Origin: Lingula anatina
Lineage: Eukaryota > Animalia > Brachiopoda
NCBI GenBank assembly: GCA_051362555.1
Contig: JBPQGU010000016.1
Span: 2,108,001 to 2,172,000 of the forward strand
Length of the DNA stretch: 64,000 nucleotides
Direction: 5' to 3'
Below the pieces are notes generated by a model that saw only the letters and a program-made list of their open reading frames with translations, searched no databases and was not told where the DNA came from. This document shows positions 1-10,550 of this stretch, in pieces. Position numbers and translations under genes: made by a program. Every line of letters starts with the position of its first letter. Within the stretch, counting starts at the first letter, position 1.

Positions 1-13
1 TCTTAAACTGCAG

Positions 14-85
14 CCGTATATGCGATGGCCATGTTGGATTATAATTGCATACCTTGATGCAAAACAGTCTATCGTTTCTTACACC
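14..85 (+). CDS. Candidate upstream exon of the GIMAP-Hint gene
   Basis: ctgcag acceptor before 14 and ACC|gtgagt donor at 86. The 72-nt open exon reads PYMRWPCWIIIAYLDAKQSIVSYT (ATG at 20). It is phase 0, matching the phase-0 acceptor at 788. The main exon has no in-frame ATG before its P-loop, so an upstream exon is required. Confidence 0.45.
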
Positions 86-787
86 GTGAGTCCCTTTAAT
101 TAATGTATGATATTACTCTTTACCCTTTTTATTTGACACTGTCTGTTTCTCTCCCCTTTTCCTTTCTCTTGTAAGAAGGAGGGCAAATAATTAAGCATTC
201 AAAATATGCATCACCAATCTTCAGAAAAGAATGAGTGAATGAACCATTGGGCTGGCCCACAACGTCCGACACAGAAGAATAAATTAAATAACAGCTTTCA
301 CAGATTTAAAACTGCAGTTAGCTGTATAGCGTCACTATATACATACTATATACAACAGCTGTTGAACAAACGGATAGTTCTCTATGGAAGACCTTTTGTT
401 TACATAAGTACTCTAAGGGGGCTAACCAGGCGACAAGAGGATTAGGCTAGTCACTATATTCCGTCAAATTCGTTTAGCGACCCTATCATTATCACACTCC
501 CTCTATTGTATTTTCTGACGTTATAATTGTATCTAATCTTCTTACGTTAGATGGAATAAATGCACACGTAATACATAATCTTATGACTGTACTTGTTTGT
601 AGCTTTAAATTCTTGCTAGGACATTATCTGCATTTTCATATTGAAAAAAAAATATTATTTTAATCATCAGTAAGATTATGTCGGTTATGTCCTGACATTA
701 GTGAGGACAGTAGTTCCAGACACTGTGTTTTTCCTTGGGTATTAACGAATTGTGAGAGATAAGTAATATTATGGGTATCTACTACAG

Positions 788-2170
788 GGCAAAGATGTTT
801 ACGAAGAAATACCGCCAGCTTATGCAAAGGGGGAGCACACCAACATATTTGTCGTTGGGCAAACAGGAACTGGAAAGAGCTCTACGTGTAATATGATGGT
901 GGACAAAGAAGGAGCTTTCAAAACAGGATTTTGCCTTAAAGGTGTTACGGACGACGTGTCATCTCACTGTGCCAACTTGGGTGGACGCAAGCTTCGCCTG
1001 ATTGATACTCCCGGTCTTTTAGAAGCAGTTTCGTATAGCCAGTTTGGATTTCTGAAGAAGATCATGACGAAAAACATTAGTTTGCTCGGCGGCGAGGAAG
1101 GTATCGACGCGTTCTTGTTTGTCATTAACTGCAACGATACGCCATCTCAAAATGAATTGAGCGTCTTAGTTAAGTTAATTTCGATGTTTTCGGAAGACAT
1201 TTTTGAATATATGGTTGTTGTGGCTACTCACAAGGACGAACTTGAGATGAGCGAAAGGACAACAGAAAGTTTCAAAAGCAGTCTTCCCGGCAAAATGAAG
1301 ACGATCCTTCAGAAGGCTGGTGGAAGGATAGTGTTTATCAACAGTGTCACCAAAGACGGGAGAGAGCGTAGACACTACGTTAATTCTATCATCCGCCGTG
1401 TTGATGAGATTGCAAGAGCTCATCTAGGTAAGAAATTTTCCAATGAAGCCATCGAAAAAGCACGCAAGAAAAGACAAGAACTAGAAAAAAAATACCCTTA
1501 CCTGAGTGAGACCGGTATACAAGAAGAATTAGAAAAGGTGATCGAGCCATATTTAACATCACAATACTGGTGTTTTGATGGCTCTTCCACTGTGCGTCTT
1601 AGCGATGGGTCAATCACACCAATGGCCAAACTAACATCCGGTGACAGGGTGCTTTGTGTTAGGGATGATGGCTCCGTTGGCTTCGAGGACATCTTCTGCT
1701 TCAGCCATGCAGATGAAAATTGTCAAACTATATATGTCCACCTGCAGACCGCAACCGGGAAACACCTTCTCCTCTCTCACGGTCATTATATCCACGCTCT
1801 CTCAAATTCTACATCATTCCCATTTTCCATTAAAGCTGCCCGTGATATCCGCGTTGGAGATGTGGTGTTCACTTATCACCCTGCCGCCAACGCCATATTT
1901 ATGGATGAAATTGCGGCAACAGGCAGTAAGAAGGTCACCGGTGCCTTTTGTCCTCACACCATGAGCGGCACCATCATCGTCAATGATATTTTGGCGTCCT
2001 GTTACACCGACGCCGTAGAGCCCCTGGTGGCGAGAAAATTGCTTATGCCAGCCTGGTGTATGTACAAGTTGCTTCCGCTGCGTGTGTCTGCGCCCTTGTT
2101 GAAAGATGGCGTCTCAAATACCTGTAAACTTTTGTGCGCGACGAAGCAATATTTAAAAAGTTTTTACTAG
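788..2170 (+). CDS. GIMAP/AIG1-family GTPase fused to a C-terminal Hedgehog-type Hint (Hog) domain; main exon of gene A
   Basis: After ctactacag| the frame reads NIFVVGQTGTGKS (G1), GVT (G2), LIDTPG (G3), GIDAFLFVI, VVATHKD (G4) and GGRIVFIN (G5). A helical linker follows. Then come W|CFDGSSTV (Hint block A, Cys at 1571), LLLSHGH (block B), GAFCPHTMSGTIIVNDILASCY (Hh-type Hint end) and an SRR-like tail. No stops or frameshifts. Confidence 0.93.
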   Translation, partial: GKDVYEEIPPAYAKGEHTNIFVVGQTGTGKSSTCNMMVDKEGAFKTGFCLKGVTDDVSSHCANLGGRKLRLIDTPGLLEAVSYSQFGFLKKIMTKNISLLGGEEGIDAFLFVINCNDTPSQNELSVLVKLISMFSEDIFEYMVVVATHKDELEMSERTTESFKSSLPGKMKTILQKAGGRIVFINSVTKDGRERRHYVNSIIRRVDEIARAHLGKKFSNEAIEKARKKRQELEKKYPYLSETGIQEELEKVIEPYLTSQYWCFDGSSTVRLSDGSITPMAKLTSGDRVLCVRDDGSVGFEDIFCFSHADENCQTIYVHLQTATGKHLLLSHGHYIHALSNSTSFPFSIKAARDIRVGDVVFTYHPAANAIFMDEIAATGSKKVTGAFCPHTMSGTIIVNDILASCYTDAVEPLVARKLLMPAWCMYKLLPLRVSAPLLKDGVSNTCKLLCATKQYLKSFY

Positions 2171-3090
2171 AGTAGCGTGTGCGCAAACCACTGTCAATGA
2201 CTTAAGTGTCTGTTGCAGGGAGCAGGATTCAATTGATAACTTGGAGTAAGAAGATGTCATATCTGTGTACACATGAATGCTTCCCTGCAACTAATGTCAT
2301 GCTGGTACAATTCGCTGTGGCATGGAAGTATTTTTATGTGTTTATCATGTGAAATTTGAACATTGCGATTGGGGACATTACTGCAGGTGGTGCAATTCTA
2401 CTGTTTGATTATGTGTTAGTGTTGTAATTCTGAAACACCCATTAGTTTACATTTTAGAAAAATATCAAGCACAAAAAAAAAACGATTCTTTTTCAATGTC
2501 TTGCTTCCTTCTAATGTTTGTGACCAAATTTATTTTTAGAATTTGTATTTATATACTTACGTATTTGATCATAGAAAACGGCAAACACGTTTTACCACTT
2601 CTTTACAAGGCATAATCAAAATTTGAAATTCCAGTGTATGCCAAACTATAGTTTAGTTAGAATTATGTATTTGTTTTGAAACTAAAAGACCAAACAAGGC
2701 ATTTTCCTTTGATGTTATGATGGTGCGATCCTTTCATCTAAGCAAGTCGTTTTCCCTGAGAGCAAAATTTGTGCGGCTCAATATACATGATTTTCGCACC
2801 AATCTTATATTCTCCAGAATATAGCAAATTAATGTATGAACAAATTATTACACGGCCCAGTTGATTTGCCCTTTTTGTACTTTTTTTGGTGTATGTGATT
2901 GTGTGTTTTTGTGTGTGAACCCTTAAATTTGTAACCGAATGCAGATGATCTGCTAGCAGTAACAGTTAACTTATCTCAAATAGTAGCAAGGATTTCATTT
3001 GGGTTAGCGGGGTTATTGGGGTATTGCTCGTTATAATATTTGGCCTATGTTTCAGAGCCAGGTGGCATATATAGTGACTTGTCTAAGAAT

Positions 3091-3333
3091 GCCTGGATGG
3101 CTCAAATGGTAGAGTGTTCGCCTCCGGTGCAGTAGGTTGTGGTTTCAATACCCGGTCGGGTCATGCCAAAGACCATCATAAAATTGGTACCTACTGTGTC
3201 CTTGCTTAGCACTCAGCATATAAAGGTTAAAGTAGGGAACAAAGCCAGTATTGTAGAATGACTGGTAACAGAGGGCCATGTGGAAGATAAGCTTACGCTT
3301 AGCATGTTTAACCTCTTTCAATAAAGTTTAAAT
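3091..3333 (+). mobile_element. tRNA-derived SINE (MetaSINE-like central domain)
   Basis: A-box TGGCTCAAATGG and B-box-like GTTTCAATACC, followed by ccaaagac...aaaattggtacctactg...gcttagcactcagca and an AATAAA-containing tail. Confidence 0.7.
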
Positions 3334-3754
3334 AGTACATGACAACGGGTTAATGTTTGCTGTACCATAGTGATTACAAGATGTCACAACAAAAACAAAC
3401 ACGTGTAATAAGTCACAGACACAAGCACTAGACACATGTATCAAAGCATAACTCCAAATTGAATTTAAAATTATTCTGTATTGAGTGCAAATTATTTGAA
3501 CGGAGTATAGAAAAGTGCAATTGGATGAGTAGGTTCAATATGCGAAAAAAAAGCTAAAGACAATCGTTATTGAGCGTCTAGATATTGTTAATATTGATGA
3601 TGTGATTGACAGCATCCCAGATAGTGGTTGTCGTTTGCCGTGATATTTGTAATTGTATGTACAAAACACATTTTAGAACAAAGAAAAATGCAAATAAGAA
3701 TAATTAAAACATTTTTCAATATGTAAACAAGAAATATCGTTGACTCTGATATAT

Positions 3755-3803
3755 ATGTGTGTGAGTGTGTGTGTGTGTGTGTGTGTACAAGAAATATCGT
3801 TGA

Positions 3804-3892
<89 letters not shown>
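3755..3892. repeat. (GT)n and (TA)n microsatellites
   Basis: Directly visible dinucleotide runs. Confidence 0.95.
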
Positions 3893-3894
<2 letters not shown>

Positions 3895-5082
3895 TGTTTC
3901 CTTTTTTCTTTCAAAGAGATCCGAGTTTTCAGATGAAGGCTTCATCTGATTTGGTATATAGATTAATTTTATTAAAACTTTATGGAAGGTTTAATTCTTT
4001 AAAAAACTTTAAATTGGACTTCATGTATAAGCTGAACCAAACACCATTGCATGTTGACAAATGTATTGCTTATGTTGTATATTATGCATGGAGTTAATTG
4101 TTTTATTACTGCGAAGGTAGAATGTTGCTGTTAAGCTTAATAATGAATTATCAACGAATTAAACAAAATGTACTCGCTTTGGACGATGTTTACTTAAAAT
4201 AATGAGAAATGGAAGCAGTTTCGATTTTAATATGGTAAATTGACATGTCCTATTTGTAAATACATTTAACAAGAAGGCGTTGATTTATGTAATGCAGCTG
4301 TTTCCACATAGAAATAACATGAGCTATCTTTATGATTTATGCATTTTATGTTGTTTAATATTGCTTTGCCTTAAATAACGAAAAAGGAGTGTTTTCTTGT
4401 GAAAGTTGAGAATTCGAATATTAATTCCCTTGAAGAAAAGTAGTTGAGTTTATGTCTTACAATTTTACCAATTTCAATTTATAATTTAAAATGAATCAAA
4501 TAAGGTAAAGGATAGGGACTTATTGAGTGTAAGTTTTATTTCAAATAATGTACAATATGATTTTGAGTTAGAAAAAGATGAAAATGCTAAAGTCACGTTT
4601 TATTTGGTTGGTTAATATTAAGATCAAATTGTAATATGTACAACGTGCATAACACTTACTTAGTTTTCGATATGATCCAAGTATGTGTAATTCAAACAAT
4701 ACTTTTCATTTTCTTAATTGAAAACAAGTCACTTAGAAAATATCCTAATGGGGAAATACTAAATGGTTTAATGCAACATGAGAATGAAAAATCACTGCTT
4801 ATCACGTAAAATAAACTGGAAAAGCGAAAAAGAGAACAAATATTTGTGAATTTGAATAAAATATAAATTAGTGAATAAATGTTTGAAAGCTCCAAATCGT
4901 CTTAGTCGTATCTGTAACTTTCCTTATTCTTTTATTATATGTTGTTTTTACTCTGTAAAATTAGTTGTACAAATCCAATAAATCAGATTCCTCTTGGTAA
5001 TAAAAACAATTTGGCAACACGGTGCTTTCCATAATGCTGATCAATTACAACAACTAATTTTACAAGATTAAACAGTGAAGAT

Positions 5083-5158
<76 letters not shown>

Positions 5159-5161
<3 letters not shown>

Positions 5162-6824
5162 CATTGGTCAAAAAGGTTGTCCCACCCCCATTTCCATGTA
5201 CTTTTAATTACAAATGATCACCTCACAGCTGTAAATTGTTAGAAATAGTGCTTTTCATTACAGAAACCGTGTCTAACATGATTAATGGTTTAAAAAATAC
5301 AAAATGGAGGTAAAAATATACATATTTTATACCATTTAGTCAAATTTATAAGAGGTACCCCCTCAAATCCACTGTTTCACTGTGACTTCTACACAGATGT
5401 AAAGAAATGTCTATAAAATTGAAAAGATGCCATCAAATGTCCCCAAATTCACAGACAATTAGCATTAGGGTGTGTTCGTTAAAAGTCACGTGCCTAACAG
5501 CGTGTGCGTCTACCGCGTACTGCAATTATCCCCTGTAGACGGCGCGACAAGCCTTCAACACGGGTAACAGTTCTGTTTTGTGGAATATTGTCCCATTCTT
5601 TTTAAACAATTTGGGGGAGTTGGTCCACGTTTTTATGGGGTTGGTTCTCCTTTGCATTGCACACTCCAATTCATGTCACAGTTGATTAGTAAGTTTAATA
5701 TCAGGGCTCAAAGATGGTGGTTCCATCCTTAGAGAATTGTGTTTCTTCAACAAACACTTGCCAGGCGAGAGGTGTGAGCAAGTGTGCAGTCATGATAAAG
5801 CCTGGAATTAACCCCAAAGTCAGTTCTTGAAGATGGAATGAGATATCAGCTGAGAATGCCACGTACAGTGATCCCACAGGCACCTGAACCTGGCCATCCA
5901 TCACTGGAAGGAAGTCTATTTTGATGCAGAATCAAATTATTTCTTGTATCCCATCGATGGTCAAAGAGGGTCCATAGACATGTTAAAAAATGCCTCTTGG
6001 AAGGGTGTGTGTAGGATAATATCGCCTGAGGTGTTAGATCAGTCCGCATTTGGAGAACATTCCAAGCCCATGGTATTAGTACAGTGTTCGTTTTGGAACA
6101 AAACGTAACAGGGGCATTTTAATGTAACATTCTCAACAGAAATCTCACTCCATTTGCAAGAGGTGACCTCAAGGATGCTACTGGCTTCATTGTGACAACG
6201 CACTTGCTCACAGCTCTCGTCTGGCAAACGATTTGTTGCAGAAACACAGGGGTCTGAGGATGGGCCAACAGTCTTTGGGTCCTGATATTAATCCTACTGA
6301 ACACCTGTGGCATGAATTGGAATGTGCACTGCAGAGAAGAACCAATTCCCAAATAATCTTGACCAATTCCGCCACGCTCTTTAGGATGAATGGGACAATA
6401 TCCCACATAACAGAATTGTTACCCATGTTGAAGGCTTGTCGCGCCGTCTACAGGAGATAATTGCAGTACGCGGTAGACGCACACGCTGTTAGGCACGTGA
6501 TCTTTAACGAGCACACCCTAATGCTAATTGTCTGTGAATTTGGGGACATTTGATGGCGTCTTTTCAATTTGATAGACACTTCTTTACATTTGTGGAAATC
6601 AAAGTGAAACATTGGATTTGAGTGGGTGCCTGTTATAAATTTGACTAAATGGTATAAAATATGTATATTTTCACGACTATTTTGTATTTTTAAACCATTA
6701 ATCATGTTAGACACGGTATCTGTAATAAAAAGCACTATTTCTAACAATTTACAGCTGTGAGGTGATCATTTGTAAATAAAAGTACATGGAAATGGGGGTG
6801 GGACAACCTTTTTGACCAATGCTA
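5159..6824. mobile_element. Non-autonomous Tc1/mariner derivative with ~400-590 bp inverted arms (copy 1)
   Basis: Termini CAGCATTGGTCAAAAAGGTTGTCCCACCCCC ... GGGGGTGGGACAACCTTTTTGACCAATGCT, inserted in (TA)n. Both arms encode a decayed transposase C-terminus (PDINPTEHLW...EWDNIP...IAVRGRRTRC*). Confidence 0.88.
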
Positions 6825-7361
6825 TATATATATATATATATATGGGGCAGAAAAGTAGGTCACATAAGTAGGTTAAATTTCTGACCAAAAACTTTAAGAC
6901 CAGTCTAAAGCTCTTTTATGGCTGATGGAGTGATTTATTCAGTATGTCCCTTGGCATGTCGACTTTATATGAGTCTTTTAAGAATCTAGTAGACGTACTT
7001 TATATGTGTTACTGGCAACCCACGCTCCACCGATGCTCTGTTCATATGTAGGCCTATCCTTAAGTAATAATTCAAATAATAAAAACGTTTTCACGATATT
7101 ATGAGATGGTTACATGATGGTAATGGTATAGAAGAAGATTATGGTCACGTTATGGGTGTTTTTAACTCCATGCAAATTAATGTAGAGTAACGTTCTAATT
7201 TGTAGAAAGATTCGAAGACCGTTTCTACAAAATTTTATGATAACGTTATTTTGTGGAGTATTATCAACGTTTATATAACATTCCGGAAAAAAACATTATT
7301 TAATGTGTTGAAAAACTTTTTAAATAAATAACCATAACACGCCTTATGCTCATTGAACTAC

Positions 7362-9294
7362 TTCTTCTTCATGTGCCATCACCGATTCGGTGTTTGACGA
7401 ACGATGATATTCTGCCAAAGGGTTCTATTTCTCGCCCATGACCAAAGGTGTCTTGTTGGTAATTCAAAATTTTCAAGAAAGGATTTTCGATGTCTGCCTC
7501 GGGCACTTTTGTCAGGTATTCTTCCGCTCAGGCTAAGATCTTCTAATCCCTCTTTTCTGATGCAATGTCCCAAGAACTTTAGTTGTCTTTCTCTGACAGT
7601 GTTGAGAAGCTGTCTTTTTTTATCAATCTGTTTAAGGGCCTCTTCATTTGTAACATGCTCAATGTAGGAGATTCGGAGCATTCGCCTGTAGAACCACATT
7701 TCAGCTGCTTCAATGTTACGTTGAGTTTCTGCTGTCAAAGTCCAAGACTCACAGCCATACAGAAGAGTAGACCAGACATCGGTTTTAAGGAGGCGATCCT
7801 TGAAGATTGGGCCGAGTCAGGTGAATGCATTTTTCGCTTGGCCAATTCTTCTTTGGATTTCTGTCTTACAACAGGCGTAGGATTTCACAAGTGCCCCGAG
7901 ATAGCTGAATGAGGAGACCTGGTCGATGGGAGTGTTCCCATGAAGCAATGTGCAATGTGGTGTGACCTCTGACTTTGAAACCACCATGTTTTTTTTTTCG
8001 TTTTTATTTTGCTGTTAACATGTAGTCCAAGCTTTGTGCTGAAGGCAACAGCAGCATCAAAGAGATTATGGAGATCCTCCCTCGATGTAGCTAAAAGAAC
8101 TGTATCATCGGCATAGCGGAGATTGTTTATCCTGACACCATTGACTGTATACGATCCTCCAAATCTCTCAAGATCATTTCAGAGTATAAGTTCAAAAGTC
8201 TGGAGACATGACACAGCCCTGACGCACTCCTTTTTTGATGGGAAACCAGTTGGTCATGCCTTCAGGAAGGCGGACTGCTGCAAGCTGATCACAGTAGACT
8301 AATCTTATAACCCGCATGTCTTTGTCATCGAACTGAACCAGTGGGATGATGGTTTCTTGGCTTCCATTTTGGGAATGTTGTTCTCAGCTGCCTCTTGAAA
8401 AGTTTGCGTTATTTGGTGGTAGTGTTTTTCTATATTATTGTTTTTTTTTATATTGGCAGACTTTTCAGAACTTCCTTTTAAAATTTGTCGCATATCTCTG
8501 GGTCACGTTGCATGCCTGTGAAGTCGAACTTTGGTTTGACTTTGGATTTTTGGATGCGCTTGAGTGATAATTTGAATTTGGCTATCACTGGATTGTGATC
8601 TGAAACAACATCTGCTCCTGGGAATGCATGGGAATTCTTAATAGCATTTCGGAATCTTGAATTGATTGCAATAAAGTCAATTTGATTCCTGGCTTGGTCA
8701 CCAGGACTGATCCATGTGTAGCGTCTTCTTGGATGTACTTTGAACCAGGTGTTGGTGATGACTAGGTTCTTATCTCTGCACCAGTCTACAAATCGGTCCC
8801 CCTGTTCATTCCTTTCACCTAAACCAAACTGTCCCTTTGTCTTTCCGTCACCTCCCTCACCTACATTGGCGTTGAAATCGCCCATAACTATCTTGATATC
8901 ATCAGACTTGCAGGAAGACATAAATTCATAGAGAGATTGGTAAAAATATTTGATCTCAGAGCTGTCAGCCACTGACGTTGGAGCATATGCAACAATAATA
9001 TTGATGTTAAAAGGACTAGCTTTAAGTTTAACTAGCATCATTCGGTCGTTTTTGGGCCAAAAAGAAAGTACCGAGTTGGCAAAGCTCTTGTTAAGAATCA
9101 AAGCAACGCCATGAACATGTTGGTTCCCTCCAGAAAAGAGAATACGTTTCCTGTCTTTTGTAAAATCACCCGACTTAGGCCACCGTATCGCGCACAAACC
9201 TAAACAATGGATGTTCATTCTGTCCATTTCTACAAGGACATTGTCCAGTGTCCCTGTTTGATACAGTTTTCTGACGTTCCATGTACCGATCTAT
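7362..9294 (-). mobile_element. RTE-clade non-LTR retrotransposon, 5'-truncated and internally deleted
   Basis: APE endonuclease (IGTWNV, YAPT, MGDFNA, QIDFI, SDHNPV), RT remnants (GVRQG, NNLRYADD), C-terminal EMWFYRRMLRIS and a (GAA)n tail. TSD TTGAACTAC at 7353-7361 and 9295-9303. Confidence 0.9.
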
Positions 9295-9775
9295 TTGAAC
9301 TACAGTTGGCTGTTAATTCCAAAATGGGCTTGGGGTTAGTCGACGACTAGAGCGGTGCGAATGGTAGAATATTCGGTATCGGTACCGAAAAAAACAGGAT
9401 GTGAGGAAAGCTTAAATAAACTATTATAATGAATACCTACCATCATCCTGATGTTCTTTTGTCCATTACTTCCGGGAAAATAAATATACATCAATACCGT
9501 AACGCATTTTATCAAAATATGAAAAAAAAGGTGTATAAAATAAAAGTGATTGTTGTTTCGTGTCTTAAGTGAACTATTTTTTTTTTCAGAAATACATTCC
9601 AATAAACTTCCTCGCAAGGTCAGCTAACACAAGGATGAATAAGTCCAGCTGTAAATGTGATGGTGTGAAGTCAACGATGTTGACAGTTCACGGTACCCTG
9701 TTATAGTTAGAGATAGCTATAGCAGTTAAAGGTGACCGTGACTGTGCGCGCGCGCGCGTGTGTCTGTGTGTGTGT

Positions 9776-9812
<37 letters not shown>

Positions 9813-10454
9813 TGAATAAAACAGTTGAATGCCTCAGCACCTAAAAGTTAAACATATACACCTTACCTTTATTAGGCATCAAACGCGTCATACTGCTAAA
9901 CACATTCGGTCATTCTTAAACCGTGTAACATGTTAAGGAGCTAAACGTGCTTAGGAGCTAAACGCGTCGACGAATAATAAAAATGAAAACGACTTTTTCT
10001 AGATTATATTTCAAATCTTTATACCCGATAAAATGTACAGTGAAAATTCAAAAATAATCAGCAGACAAGTGAAACCAAATAAAAGTGGATAGGCTTGAGA
10101 AAAGTGAAAACATTAAACAAAACTGACAAAATTTGTTTTAAAACTTCTTCATCAGACCCTTAAGAACAACAGGGGACAAAATTGACTTATTCATATTTTG
10201 ATACAAAAAACATAAAATGAAAGGACTGTAACAAACTTTAATTCCAGAATGCAAAATGATCATGTTTTTTTAAATTAAAAAATGTTTTTTTTCAGTCCCT
10301 TAAAAATAAGGGGCGGCAAAACTGAAACAATTACATTTATAGGGAAAGAAAAACAATTTGAAATAATTGTAGCAAACATAATCTTCAGTATGCACTGATT
10401 TGCTTGTTCACGCAAAATGCGGCAAAATAAGTTGAAAAGAAAAACACGTGTATT

Positions 10455-10456
10455 TA

Positions 10457-10550
<94 letters not shown>
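10455..10550. repeat. (AAT)n abutting (ATT)n, a self-complementary microsatellite
   Basis: An (AAT)n run switches directly to its reverse complement near 10500. Confidence 0.9.

Noticed and set aside
1571-2170. True self-splicing intein or a hedgehog gene
   Set aside because: There is no C-terminal His-Asn plus C/S/T junction; the domain ends in Hh-type ASCY followed by an SRR-like tail. There is no Hedge domain upstream, where the partner is an AIG1 GTPase.
3091-3165. tRNA gene
   Set aside because: The cloverleaf and B-box are degenerate and the sequence continues into a SINE body and tail.
3588-3949. ORFs with YIYIYI, HTHTHT or poly-I runs (also 4983, 36122, 49634, 54653, 58016, 58080)
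   Set aside because: They are translations of microsatellites.
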